A stretch of 63,923 bases of DNA, the filler included, from an uncultured bacterium (GTDB lineage: Bacteria; Hinthialibacterota; Hinthialibacteria; Hinthialibacterales; Hinthialibacteraceae): the NCBI GenBank assembly GCA_964449065.1. It is 3 parts of 3 records of this genome, joined end to end, with 100 filler letters (N's around TTAATTAATTAA, not from the genome) between each part and the next. Parts side by side here need not be neighbours in the genome. Positions count along the whole stretch, not along the records: positions 25,471 to 50,772 come from CAYVAZ010000025.1; 2 more parts are not named here. The stretch is one strand, 5' to 3'. The position numbers and the translations under genes are program-made. Shown piece after piece: positions 28,504 through 40,200 of the stretch; the stretch's first letter is position 1; the number at the start of each line of letters is the position of its first letter. The notes under the pieces were generated by a model. The model did not search any database. It was not told the DNA's origin and was given only the letters and a program-made list of their open reading frames with translations.

Positions 28504-28542
28504 CATGGCATAAAATCCATGGCATGAAATCCATGGCATAAA
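28504..28542. repeat. 14-bp tandem repeat (CATGGCATRAAATC, ~2.8 copies)
   Basis: Directly visible just past the ispF stop. Confidence 0.7.
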
Positions 28543-28543
28543 G

Positions 28544-29044
28544 TCACTGTTGGTGAACAGCCGAAATACGATTCATAAGCAAGACCGCCGCCATCACAAC
28601 GATCCCGCCATTGCCTTGAAACACAACACCTTCAGTACGGGTGGCTTTGATACTGATTCGGTCTTCCGCAATACCGACTATCGGGGCAAGTGTCTTTCTC
28701 ATTTTTGGGATGTGTGGTGCCATCTTTGGTTCATCCGCAACCACCGTGCTGTCAATATTTCCGATGGTAAAGCCTTTATCATAAATGATGGTAACGGCAT
28801 CTTTTAATAACACCTTGCTATCCACATCTTTGTATTTGGGGTCGGTATCGGGAAAATGCCGCCCAATATCGCCAAGGCACAATGCGCCAAACAGGGCGTC
28901 AATGATGGCGTGGATGAGTGCATCTGCGTCGGAATGTCCCAATAACCCTTTATCATGCGGAATTTCGATTCCCCCCAAGATTAACTTACGGCCTTTTTGC
29001 CAGCGGTGGGTATCGAAACCATATCCAATTCGTATATCGTCCAT
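28544..29044 (-). CDS. ispF: 2-C-methyl-D-erythritol 2,4-cyclodiphosphate synthase
   Basis: RIGYGFDTH, GHSDAD, DALFGA, GDIGRHFPD, SIKATRTE. Confidence 0.96.
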   Translation of the reverse strand: MDDIRIGYGFDTHRWQKGRKLILGGIEIPHDKGLLGHSDADALIHAIIDALFGALCLGDIGRHFPDTDPKYKDVDSKVLLKDAVTIIYDKGFTIGNIDSTVVADEPKMAPHIPKMRKTLAPIVGIAEDRISIKATRTEGVVFQGNGGIVVMAAVLLMNRISAVHQQ

Positions 29045-29144
29045 GTTTATCCTCAAAAAGAAACCGGCGGCTTTGCCTTTTACGTATGACGCAATCTATT
29101 GTAAATTGTTTCTATTCGAATTCGAATTGAGATGGAGAAAACAA

Positions 29145-31427
29145 ATGAAAAAAAGTATGTTGATAGAATTGGGGATCATCATCATGACAACCATTCATGT
29201 TTCTGTACCCGATGATGCCGAAGCGCAATTGGGGAAAATTCACCGAAAATACGCCCAACTAACCGTTTCACCGGCTGTGGTGACGCAAACGAATTCGTTT
29301 TATGTCACGGTGCGTCCCTGGATGGAATTGGATGAATGGAAACTGCAAATCCAAGAGGACGGCGCTGTGATTGATAGCCGGACATTCACGGATGACAAAC
29401 ACCTCACCCAACATTCGTTTCTATTTCCGGATGATTTCACCGGCTTGAAAACCATACGCCTGCTGGGAAAAGAACGCGGGGATTGGCGAATTCTGTTGGA
29501 AGAAAGCGTCGAGTTAATGCCCGGTTTTTATGATGAGGTTCAATCGGTATACGATGAACTGCGGGACATCGAAGACAACGTTGCGGTCCCGGACGCATGG
29601 GTCTATAACACCATGGCTAACGTTGAAGATTTGCTGGAACGGATGAAAACAGCAGAGAGCGGCCGCGGTTGGGACCTGCGCAACCGGTTCAATGATATCC
29701 AAGCAATGGTTGAAGATCTGCGAAATAAACAAGACCCCTACGAAGGCAAAACAGGCTATATGCTGCGTGGATACCGTTCTTACGCTACCGGAGAGATACA
29801 ACTCTATTCGTCTTATCTTCCCAAGGATTTTGATCCGGGTAAAAAATATCCCACCGTAATCATGCTGCATGGGGCATGGTCAAACCATCACCTTGCCTTA
29901 CGCCGTGTGATGGGAAAAACCAACCGCCGGGGAGAGACGGATGCCTCGGCAAAACGCACAATGCCCGCATTGCCGGATGTTCCTTACATTGTCTTGGCGC
30001 CAAACGGTTATGAGACGATGGGATACTTAGGCGTGGCGGAAGTGGATGCTTTATTTCCATTGGTTTGGATGTCGCTAACATATTACACCGATGATCAAAT
30101 CTTGAATCCGATTGATGAAAACAAACTTTATTTAACCGGGTTATCCATGGGTGGGGGCGGTACCGGTCGTATAGGAATCCAACATCCCGGGCGTTTCGCC
30201 GCGATTGCGCCGGTTTGCGGATATTTTGATGCCCGTTTTCGCGGCAATGAGGAAGAATTGCCGGATTTTGTTCAGCGGCTGTTTGCATTGAAATCTCCTA
30301 AAAATATGGCGGAAAACTTGATGCATGTACCGGTGAAGTTGATGCACGGAGATGCCGATCCGGTTGTGCCGCCGGAAGGTTCGCGTGAACTGCATGACAT
30401 TCTACGTGGTTTGGATTATCATTCCGAGTTGGAAATGTACCCGGGTGTCGATCATGATGCTTGGACACCAGCATACAAAGAGGCCCGCATCTTTGATTGG
30501 TTCAGCCAATTCGAGCGCGACCCCTATCCCAGGCATGTGCGGTTTAAAACCGCGAGAATGAATGAAGGCGCGTATTGGGTTCATATTTATGAACCGCATA
30601 CGTTGAGAGCGTTTGCTTCGGTGGATGCGGAAATTAAAGAGGATGGGATCCATATTCAAACCGCTAATATAAAAGCCATGAACATATCGTTCACAGACGA
30701 TATCGTTCCGATGAACGATGACGTGAAATTGATTATCGATCGTGACCATGAAATCCGCTTCACGCCATCTGAATTTACGCCGGATCATTCGGAAAAAGCA
30801 GATGTGGTTTTGTTGAATGATCAAGGGAATTGGAGATCTAAACGTTTACAAGACTATAGACAACAGGATTATCCAACAGTGCCGTTCCCTAAATTAAGCG
30901 GTCTTCTCGCCTCCACCGAAACACGGCATGAATATGTGTATGGTGTAAATGGCAGCGAAAAGGAAACCAAACGGCTGCAAGCCATCGCGGATGAGATGGC
31001 CTATTGGGGCGATATGACCGATGTACGATGGAACGTGCTGCCCGAACGTGAAGTTGATTACAGCCCCAAAGAGCACAAAGGATTTGTGCTCTTCAGCAAA
31101 GTAAGTTCTTCGTCTTACATTCAGGATCACATTGATGAATTGCCGATTGAAGTCAAAGGCGGGAATATTCATTTTGGGGACCGGGTGGTGGAAAAAGACC
31201 AAGGCTTTATTTTTGTGTATCCGATCCAAGACACGGGAAATTTGATCACCATTTGCACCACCACATCGACTGCTGGATTGGACGCGTTAAACGCCTTCGC
31301 GATTCAGCGTTTTTCCTTTTTGGGCAGCACCTATGGAGACTTTTTATGCATTAACAAAAACGGCGACTCTCTTTGGGGAGGCCTTTTTGATAAGAACTGG
31401 AACATCGAAACCATTGAAGACTATTAA
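29145..31427 (+). CDS. Secreted alpha/beta-hydrolase (S9/esterase-like)
   Basis: MLHG, YLTGLSMGG, HGDADPVV, YPGVDHDAW; signal-like N-terminus. Confidence 0.8.
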   Translation: MKKSMLIELGIIIMTTIHVSVPDDAEAQLGKIHRKYAQLTVSPAVVTQTNSFYVTVRPWMELDEWKLQIQEDGAVIDSRTFTDDKHLTQHSFLFPDDFTGLKTIRLLGKERGDWRILLEESVELMPGFYDEVQSVYDELRDIEDNVAVPDAWVYNTMANVEDLLERMKTAESGRGWDLRNRFNDIQAMVEDLRNKQDPYEGKTGYMLRGYRSYATGEIQLYSSYLPKDFDPGKKYPTVIMLHGAWSNHHLALRRVMGKTNRRGETDASAKRTMPALPDVPYIVLAPNGYETMGYLGVAEVDALFPLVWMSLTYYTDDQILNPIDENKLYLTGLSMGGGGTGRIGIQHPGRFAAIAPVCGYFDARFRGNEEELPDFVQRLFALKSPKNMAENLMHVPVKLMHGDADPVVPPEGSRELHDILRGLDYHSELEMYPGVDHDAWTPAYKEARIFDWFSQFERDPYPRHVRFKTARMNEGAYWVHIYEPHTLRAFASVDAEIKEDGIHIQTANIKAMNISFTDDIVPMNDDVKLIIDRDHEIRFTPSEFTPDHSEKADVVLLNDQGNWRSKRLQDYRQQDYPTVPFPKLSGLLASTETRHEYVYGVNGSEKETKRLQAIADEMAYWGDMTDVRWNVLPEREVDYSPKEHKGFVLFSKVSSSSYIQDHIDELPIEVKGGNIHFGDRVVEKDQGFIFVYPIQDTGNLITICTTTSTAGLDALNAFAIQRFSFLGSTYGDFLCINKNGDSLWGGLFDKNWNIETIEDY

Positions 31428-31611
31428 AGCAATTCAGGTTTGTGTAGAGGTACAAAATGTACATTCATGTACCGGCTGGAAGCCGATGCTCCTCACCCAA
31501 TTAAAACGAACATTCTTAATTGCAAATGGTGTAAGTGTATGCTGGAAGTTTCATTCCTTCCCAAACTCCATTACAATGACACCATGCGATACATAACGGG
31601 GAGAAACAAAC

Positions 31612-32343
31612 ATGGAATTACAAGAGAAAGTCGTATTGGTCACCGGCGGGGGCAGCGGCATCGGTAAAGGCATCGCAACCGCGTTTGTGCAGGAAGGCTG
31701 TAAAGTTGTCATCACCGGACGAACAGAAGAAACCCTGCAAAACGCTGCCGCGGCCATCAGCGGTTCCGGCAGCATTCAATACAAACTCTGCGATGTCGCC
31801 CAATACGATCAAGTCACCGCTTTGTTTGACGAAATCAAAAGCGAATTGGGCGCGCCCGATATCCTCGTCAACAGCGCGGGCATCAATGTGCCCAAACGCA
31901 AATTTCAGGATTTAGACCCCGCCGATTGGGATAAGGTCATGGGCGTTAACGCCACCGGAACCTTCAATTGCATCCACGCCGCCTTGCCGGGAATGAAAGA
32001 AAAAGGACAAGGCTTTATCACCAATATCAATTCGGTATCCGGGATTCACACGCTGCTGCTGGGCGGGCTGCAATACTGCGCGTCCAAATACGCCGCCGCG
32101 TCGGTCGGAACCTTCGCGAACCTGGAAGAGGCGGAAAACGGCATCCGCGTCACCAACATCTACCCCGGCGAAACCAACACACCGATCTTGGAAAAACGCC
32201 CGGTGGTGCCGCCGCCGGAAAAACGCGCCAAGATGCTGCATCCCGAAGACATCGCGGCCTGTGTCATCACCATCGCCAAACTGCCCGACCGCGCGGTCGT
32301 CACTGATTTGGTCATCACCCCGCCGTATATGATTTTGTCATAA
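31612..32343 (+). CDS. SDR family oxidoreductase
   Basis: TGGGSGIG, NSAG, YCASK, PGETNT. Confidence 0.93.
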   Translation: MELQEKVVLVTGGGSGIGKGIATAFVQEGCKVVITGRTEETLQNAAAAISGSGSIQYKLCDVAQYDQVTALFDEIKSELGAPDILVNSAGINVPKRKFQDLDPADWDKVMGVNATGTFNCIHAALPGMKEKGQGFITNINSVSGIHTLLLGGLQYCASKYAAASVGTFANLEEAENGIRVTNIYPGETNTPILEKRPVVPPPEKRAKMLHPEDIAACVITIAKLPDRAVVTDLVITPPYMILS

Positions 32344-32379
32344 AAGGATACAGCAAAAAGAGAACAGCAAGTGGATTGA

Positions 32380-32703
32380 TCAAGCAATCGCATCCAGCCC
32401 GTTTTTTTGGACCAAGCGTAAGAGTTTTAATGAAGGGCCCGTGGGGCTTTTATCCCCCCGTTCCCATTTGCTGATGAGTCCAGTGGTGACATTCAAATAG
32501 CGTGCAAACACAGATTGACTTACCTGTTCACGGTCGCGGATTTTTCGTATCTCTTCAGGGGTTAAAGGTGTTGCCGGGGTGAGACACATCGCATCGAATT
32601 TTCGTAAGGTTTGTTTATCCATAGCACCGGCTTCATGCAAATCCGATGCGGTTTCATGAATTGCACCCAATATTTTGCTTTTATATGTTTTGGTCTTATT
32701 CAT
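32380..32703 (-). CDS. HTH-XRE antitoxin (HigA-like)
   Basis: AIHETASDL, TLRKFD, SQSVFARYLNV, WERGDKSPTGPSLKLL. Confidence 0.9.
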   Translation of the reverse strand: MNKTKTYKSKILGAIHETASDLHEAGAMDKQTLRKFDAMCLTPATPLTPEEIRKIRDREQVSQSVFARYLNVTTGLISKWERGDKSPTGPSLKLLRLVQKNGLDAIA

Positions 32704-33070
32704 TTCGTTTTACCTCAATCAATTTACCTTGCTTGACCGACATTTTCACTACATCTTCACTATAGTTTAACATTTCGTTAGCCAATTCTTTAAATGCTTT
32801 CAATTCAACGGCAGAAATATTATCCCTTTCATTTTTTGCAAACCCATAAACAAAGAAAAATTTTTCTCCTTTTTTAAAAAGGACAATCGTGCGATATCCT
32901 GAAGATTTCCCTCTCCCTTGACGGGCAATACGTTGCTTTATCACGCCTCCACCTAAATTCGCATCGATTTGACCATTTTCTGCCCGATCAACTGCTTCAA
33001 GTAAATGTGCATTCGATATATTTTCTTGTTTTGCAAAACGGTTAAATAATTTATTCTTGTATACTTTCAC
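32696..33070 (-). CDS. RelE/ParE-superfamily toxin (HigB-like)
   Basis: DANLGGGVIKQRIAR, GKSSGYRT, FVYGFAKNERDNI. Confidence 0.9.
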   Translation of the reverse strand: MKVYKNKLFNRFAKQENISNAHLLEAVDRAENGQIDANLGGGVIKQRIARQGRGKSSGYRTIVLFKKGEKFFFVYGFAKNERDNISAVELKAFKELANEMLNYSEDVVKMSVKQGKLIEVKRNE

Positions 33071-33095
33071 TTTTCTATCTTAGTTTCTATAGTAA

Positions 33096-33124
33096 ATTCT
33101 ATATCACTGAGTGACAGAGTTCAA
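33096..33124 (-). promoter_or_regulatory. TA promoter with palindromic operator
   Basis: TTGAAC-N17-TAGAAT with TGTCACTCAGTGATA in the spacer. Confidence 0.65.
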
Positions 33125-33140
33125 GTTTTTTTTAAAATTT

Positions 33141-34295
33141 TTAAGCCCCCACCGGTTTAAACTTGATGCAAACCGGCGTCGGTAAATTGATCGAATGTCC
33201 AGTATACTCCAACTTTCCGGTATCGCCGTCAATGCGGAACACATAGACATCATTCGTCTTTTGGTTCTCCGCCAACAAATAGGTTCCGGTTGGATCAATC
33301 GCGAAGTTGCGTGGGATTTCACCGCGCGTCGGTTCGTGCCCAACCAGCGTCAGTTCACCGCTCACTTCATCCACCGCGTAAATCACGATACTGTTGTGCC
33401 CCCGGTTGGAGCCATAGACAAACTTCCCATTTGGATGCACATGAATATCCGCGCAGCTGTTGCCGCCGTCATAGTCTTCCGGCAGCGATGGAACCGTCTG
33501 GATATGATAAAGTCTGCCCGTCTCCGCTTCGTATTGATAAGAACTTAGAGTCGAGTTCAATTCCAAGATCAAAAACGCCAACTTATTGTTTGGGTGAAAG
33601 ATGAAATGCCGCGGTCCCGCTCCCGGAGCGGTTTTCACGGCGGGCTGCGGAATCAACTTCCCTTCCCCACGGTCAAAGCGGTAGCATTTAATTTCATCCG
33701 TACCCAAATCAGCGGCAAAGACATAGCGGTTATCGGGCGAGAGCACGATGCAATGCGCGTGCGGGCCCTGCTGCCGTCTTTCATTTACGCTCGAACCCTC
33801 ATGCTGCCGTACATCCGAGGCTGGGGCCAAACTGCCGTCATCGTTCACGGGAAACACGCAGACATTGCCGCTGCCGTAGTTGGCGGCCAACACCCACTTG
33901 CCGCTGTCATCCACCGTCACATAACACGGGCCGTTTCCATGCACGGATTGATGATTCAGAGGCGTCAGCAACCCTGTTTTCGAATCTATAGCAAACGCGC
34001 TGACCGACCCGCTGTCCGACGTCTCGCTCACCGAATAGAGATAATTGCGTTTAGGATCCAGCGCCAAAAACGAAGCCCGCTTGATACCGGCATAATTCCC
34101 GATTTTTTCAACCGAACCATCTTTCGCATTGAAATTACATATTTGAATCCCCCCATCCTCACCGGAGGCATACGTCCCCACATAAATGAAATATTCTTCC
34201 GGTATCGGTTGCGCGTTCATTGCATTCGGCATCCCCAGCATGGCACTGCCCACGGCAAGCGTTTGCGCGAAATCCCGGCGGTTGATTGTGTTCAT
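33141..34295 (-). CDS. pgl: Lactonase family (6-phosphogluconolactonase-like) beta-propeller with Tat signal
   Basis: NRRDF twin-Arg; YVGTY, AANYGSG, RQQGPHAH, ADLGTD, GAGPRH, SNRGHNSI, PRNF. Confidence 0.85.
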   Translation of the reverse strand: MNTINRRDFAQTLAVGSAMLGMPNAMNAQPIPEEYFIYVGTYASGEDGGIQICNFNAKDGSVEKIGNYAGIKRASFLALDPKRNYLYSVSETSDSGSVSAFAIDSKTGLLTPLNHQSVHGNGPCYVTVDDSGKWVLAANYGSGNVCVFPVNDDGSLAPASDVRQHEGSSVNERRQQGPHAHCIVLSPDNRYVFAADLGTDEIKCYRFDRGEGKLIPQPAVKTAPGAGPRHFIFHPNNKLAFLILELNSTLSSYQYEAETGRLYHIQTVPSLPEDYDGGNSCADIHVHPNGKFVYGSNRGHNSIVIYAVDEVSGELTLVGHEPTRGEIPRNFAIDPTGTYLLAENQKTNDVYVFRIDGDTGKLEYTGHSINLPTPVCIKFKPVGA

Positions 34296-34296
34296 G

Positions 34297-37200
34297 TTAG
34301 TCTCCTTGTTCATCCGCACCGGTGTTTAGTTTTTCGGTTACGGCATCGATAGATTTTAAAGAAGGTGTGGCATCATCCGTATCAGAATCGTAAAACATAT
34401 AATCCAACGAAAATGGATCGAACAGACTCGACCGTAATTCATTCGGTGATAAATACTGCCGCAAGTCATCCGCCTCCTCACGATTTCCCCACTGAACGGT
34501 CGCGCTTTCTATAAATCCACCGGGAATTTGGGGGGATGTCCAAGGAACATACCACCCATCATACAGTTCCATCGAATCATAGTACCGCTCTTCATTCATT
34601 GATTCCACATAATCCGTTGCCGAATCGATATCCTCTTTCACCTTAATCTCATAGGAGAAATCTTCTTGCCCTTGCGTTGCCTGTTGTGTCTCATCCACGG
34701 CATCACGATCAATCTCTTCCATCCAATTCTCTTCGGCCGGAGAATCCACTTCATCATCAGGCGTGGGATAATCATCCGGAGAAGTATTGATGGGAGGACT
34801 CGCCTTCTCAATCGTATCACCGGACGGAATTTTTTCTTCTTCCGTCACCGGGGGAATCACATCCGCGGGGTCTTCGATGATTGGTGTAATAACAGGCGTA
34901 GGCTCAACCACGTTAGTCGGTGTTTCTGTAGGTACTTCAGTTGCGGTTGCGGATGGGGTTGGCTCCGGCAGTTCTGTTGCTTCTGTTGCTGTCGGCGTAA
35001 GTTCAATCACCGCTGTGGCTGTTGGTGACGGTTCGGGCAAAGGCGTCACCGTCGGCGTCGGTTCCGGTAAGGCGGTCGCGGTAGGCGTTGGTTCTACCCT
35101 TTGCACAAAATCCGGCACGTTCACAACCCGGTGCTGCCCCTTATCGGTGACCAGCAATTGCTGATCGTGGCTGATGTGAATGCCCAGCGGTTCGATAAAC
35201 TCCCTATCGTTCACATCCCGCACCGCTTTGCCCAGCAAGTCACCGGATTGTGAATAGGCATGAACGCTCTTCTCGCGCGGGTCGGTCATGTAAATGATGC
35301 CGTCGGCGCCGCACGCCACATGGCCTTCAAAGCCGCCGGTGCCGTCCCAGCTGCTTTGAATGGGGATGATGGTTTTTAACGCGCCCGTCATGGTATAAAT
35401 TTTGAGCCGTTTGTTCAAACTATCCACCACAACAAAATCGCCGCTGTCTTGGAAAAAGTCGATCCCCACCGGCTCAAGAAACGCGTCATCCCCTTCGCCG
35501 CCGCCCGGCACGCCGATATTGGTTTCTACCCGCCCATTTTGATTCAACACACGCACCAAATGGCTGCCGGTATCGCACACCAATATTCGCCCGGTATAAG
35601 GATGAAAGATAATGCCGCGCGGCCCAAAGAAACTGCCGGCAAACATCCCCAACACATTGCCGTTGTTGTCCATCTTCACCACCCGGTGGTTCCAGGTATC
35701 CGCTATATAGATATCCCCAGTATCCAAATCAATCGAGACATCATTCGGCTCTTTAAACTGGCCGGGGGCGTTCCCTTCCGAGCCAATCTTCCCTTCAAAG
35801 CTGCCATCTTCACGAAACGCCTGCACGCGGTGGTTGCGGGTATCGGCGATATAAAAGTACCCTGCCGCGTCCTGTGCCAATCCGCGCGGCTCGTTAAACA
35901 GGCCATTGGCTTCACCCAATTCACCCTCAAACATGCTTTCGCCCGATATGGTAGGATGCAGGCTTGAAACCTCTGGTAAATCCGCGCGCACTGTCGGGAT
36001 CTGCATATAATCTTCTTCCCCACTCAAGCCGTAAATTCGGTTCAGGCTGTTATCCACCTTAAAGATGGATTGATCGCCCAAGCGGTACACCAAGCGGAAC
36101 ACATCGCCCCATTCTTCAAAACGGTTGAGCGAGGCCACACCCAGCGGTTCTTCGCTATCGCGGTGTCCCCGCCGGTGATTCTTTTCAATATCGCCGAAAA
36201 TGACATATTCGATGTTGTATTTCGCTAGGATATCGATTACTTCTTTCTTGTTGGGCGATTCATAAACGCGGTACACCGCATTGCGCCGCGGCTCTTTTTC
36301 ATCCATGTGCATGCGTTCGCCCACATGATGTTCCCAACCAAGAAGGGAAGGCAGTCCGGTATTGGTCGAGAAGCGCGCGATATCCAAATATCCTTTATGG
36401 TGATCGACATACTCTACTATATTCGGTGTTCCTTTAACATAGCGGTTCATCCACTGAATGCCCGCGTAGCTGTCATATTTCTGCTCACGAAGCCACGCCA
36501 AACCATCCAGCGTCGGCACATCGGCCCCGCGAACATCCCGCCATTTCCCGCCGCTGGTTTGGGTAACGATGTACGGCCCCAAAACCGCAAAGGGCACCGT
36601 CATAAGCACCAACACAACAAACGCCAAGCCGAACATAAACTGCGATCCCGCCGATAGAATCGAACCGATGGAAATCCGCAACTCCTTTAACTTATATAAC
36701 GCAAAGATGAATCCAAACACGGCAAAGACTGATAGATAATGCCAGATTTGAATGTTGAATTTAAACAGCGTGTTATAACGGTGCGAGGGGCGGGTCCATC
36801 CTTCTTTGATATAAAACCATTCGATCCCCAGCGCCAATCCCAAGCCGATAATGCCAACCAAAAAACCGAACACTTGCTCGCCAGTCAGTTTGCGGTTCCA
36901 AAGTTGGATGAACATCACCACCAAGAACGGAAAGAACAACCCGAACACGGTTAAATCAAATTGGGGATCGGTTGGGCTTAGCGTATTCGGGATGGAAATA
37001 CTGCCCAACAAGGGGATCGAAAACTCGTTCAGTGAATCGTTTCTGACCGCATTGGTGACGTAAAAGCATCCCCCCAACACGGCAAGATAAAAGATGGCAA
37101 AGACTATTGTTCGTATGATGGACAACTTCTTATCCGCCCGGACAATGGCGGAAAGGATCACAGCCACCGCCAGCGTAAACAACATCACACCCCAAAAGCC

Positions 37201-40200
37201 TAAAAATGTCGTCAGCGGGGCATGGCCTTCCGTCATCACGCCGATACCGGTCACACGGGCAATGAAGTTCGCGTGGAAGGGATAAAACATCGCCATCTGC
37301 AAGACAAACACCAAAACCAACAATCCAATCGGGAACCACAACCACTTTTGCAGCGTATCGGTATCCAGCCATTCGGCTTTTTTAAACGTCGATACCACAT
37401 TATCCGATTCGCGGTACCATTTCACCAACACACCAACTAACAGAATAATCATCAGCGCCGGCATATCCCAAGTATTGGTGCAGATTACGGTTCCCAGAAG
37501 CAATGCCAAAAAGACGCTGTATCCAATCAGCGAAGTAGTCTTCCATTCTTTATGTGGTTTTAAAAACAACGCCAACAACAGCGTAATAAACGCCCAGGTG
37601 AATGGAATCACCAGCATGTGGGCGTGAAAATCCAAGAACAAATGCATCCAATAGGGGAACTCATTCGCCGCCGTCCCCTGATACAAATCATGCCCAACCC
37701 GCCAAAACAGGATCTCATAATTGATCCGCGCCAACTCCTGCTTCATCGCGTCGGTTGCAAACCCCAAATAATAGAGAACGGCATACCAACATATTAATAA
37801 TGTAGCGGGCACAGCCTTGATGATATCCCACAACGTAAGGTCGGCGCTCCACTGGTACCAAAATTCCGAAATCGCCCGATCCATGGCAAAAGCGGATATT
37901 TGAATAAATGAAATAATGTGCCCGGCAAAGACGGCAAGATACGCGGCAATGGCCGCCATATATTTACAGCGGCACAACGCGTATGCCAACGAGAAGATGC
38001 TGATGGCAACCAACCCCGCGATGGAGGTTCCGGCGACGTTAAAGAAGTATTCCGGCGGGATGCTCATAAAACGCCCCGCGATCGACAACACCGCATGGCC
38101 GTAATAATAATAGTTGATGAGATGCCCCGATATCCACGGGTCTTCCGGCGGGAAAGTGAGCGTGCGGTAGACCGCGTTCACAAACGAAAAGTTCATCGGC
38201 TTTTCACCCCAACTAATACCGGGGTGATACATGCGGATCAGCAAAAAGACCGCCCACACCGCGATAAACATCACTTCGATACTCAGCAGCAACCGCCAGC
38301 GCGCGCGGATAAATTCCAGACACTCCTGCCCGCAGCGCTGCCACACCAAGGCCGCCAGCACAATCATTCCAAACAGCACAAACCACATCGATGCCTGTGA
38401 AAGCAATATGATTTCGTTCGAAGCCAAGAACCATGCCAGCCACGAGAAGAACGCCAAACCGATGGTTTTCGATACCGCGTATCCGCCATCCGGCAAACGC
38501 TGCATCAGCGGGAAGAGAAACACAAACGCCAACGCCCCCAACGCGAACAGCATCACATACCAACGCAATACCGGAGCCCAAACCGGTTTGGCAAACACCG
38601 GCTTGCCATCCCGCAGCGTCAAGATTTCTTCTTTAGTGATCTCATTCACCCAGGCCGGTGGATTTAAAATCAATTCTTCGATCTGTTGACCGGAAAGCTG
38701 TTGGAACTTTTCTAAAATAATCACCTTGGGATGATCATAAATCCTGGCGGTCTCGTCTTCTTCATCCACATAAAAATGAATCCCCATAAACTGCACGGGG
38801 TTCTCAATCACCTTCAGCACCCGAAAGCCCAGCTGCTCGGCAAACAGCGCCCGCAAAAATTTATTGGTAAGGGGATACTGCTCGGGATTTTCAAACGTGG
38901 TGCCATACGCGCGTTTGCTGGGGAACACGATGTAATCAAACTCTTGCAGCTTTCCGGTGAAGTATTGTATTCGCTGCGATGGGTTCCGGTCGCTTCCGGA
39001 ATGGATATACAACTGATCATCCCGTTCAATGTGGATGCCAAATCCTTCATCCCAATCGTTCTGGGTGATTTTTTGCCCCGGTTTCATGTGCTGCTTCAAA
39101 AAGTCTTCTGTTGTTTTAAGCGTATGAGGATGTTGATACATCGCGGTATAAGCGTTGCCGTAAATCAACCCAAAGAGCAATGCCGCAAAGCCGCCGGCCC
39201 ACCCCAGGCCTTTCAACGCTTTGCGCGTATTCAAATCCAAGAAAGGCAGCGCGTTGATTTTCTCCCGCACTTGGATCCGGCAAAGCGTTACGATCAAACG
39301 CGCTCCCAGCACAATCATCACCGGCAGCACGGGTACAATATACCGCGGAAATTTGCTATCCAGCGAACTGTAAACCACAAATGCCGGAATCGCCCACGCA
39401 ACCAAAAACAGGTCGGATTTACACTTCACATGCAGCAGCCGGAACGCCGCGAACAAACAGCCCGCCAATACAAAAAACGCGGTGACATAATCCAGCGATG
39501 GGTAAAACAGATTATTCAATAGCGTTAACACCGGCAGCGTGTTGTTGAATTGTTTTGTATAAATCATATTCGCTTCACCGGTGGCATTGATTCGGCTTAC
39601 TTCGTTGATATCACGGGCAAAGGCATGCGAATCAAAATACGCCATCGGCTGCGCGAACAAAAACGCCCCCCATCCAACAGCCACCGCGACCACCAGCCAC
39701 ACCCAGGGCAAATAAATTTGAAAACACCCTTTAAAGAAACCGGGTTGATTGAGTTGTTTCTTTCGGATAAACAAAAACACCAGCGTGGCCACTATCAAAA
39801 CGCCAACGGCCGCTGCTAGGGCTATCCAATTGTTAACATAAAAATCGCGGAACCGCGCCAGTGTGATATGAAACAGAGGATCAGCCGAACGCGCCGCTTG
39901 GAAAAACTGCACCAACACCAACGCGGAAACCATCAGCCAAAACACATGAATCAAGCGCCCGTCTTTGCCGTGGCGGTCATCGCTCCAGGTAGCAATCGCG
40001 TGCGCGAACCACAGCATGGCGGGCAAGAGGATGGCGCTCCACTTTGTCCCCACCGCAAAGCCGGTACACACCGCTCCCAGAACATACCAAATCAAGCGCG
40101 GCTTTTGCGATATCTTTAAAAAGAAATAAATCGCGGCGGTCACCCAAAACGCGGCGATGCCATCGACGGTCGCGAAATGGCTGGTTTGAATGTGCAGCAT

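Noticed and set aside
28785..29144. N-terminal extension of the 880-aa hydrolase ORF
   Set aside because: Overlaps ispF antisense; a better start with GGAG SD is at 29145. Similar over-extensions were trimmed for typA, dnaX, rpsU, the GATase and the M1 fusion.
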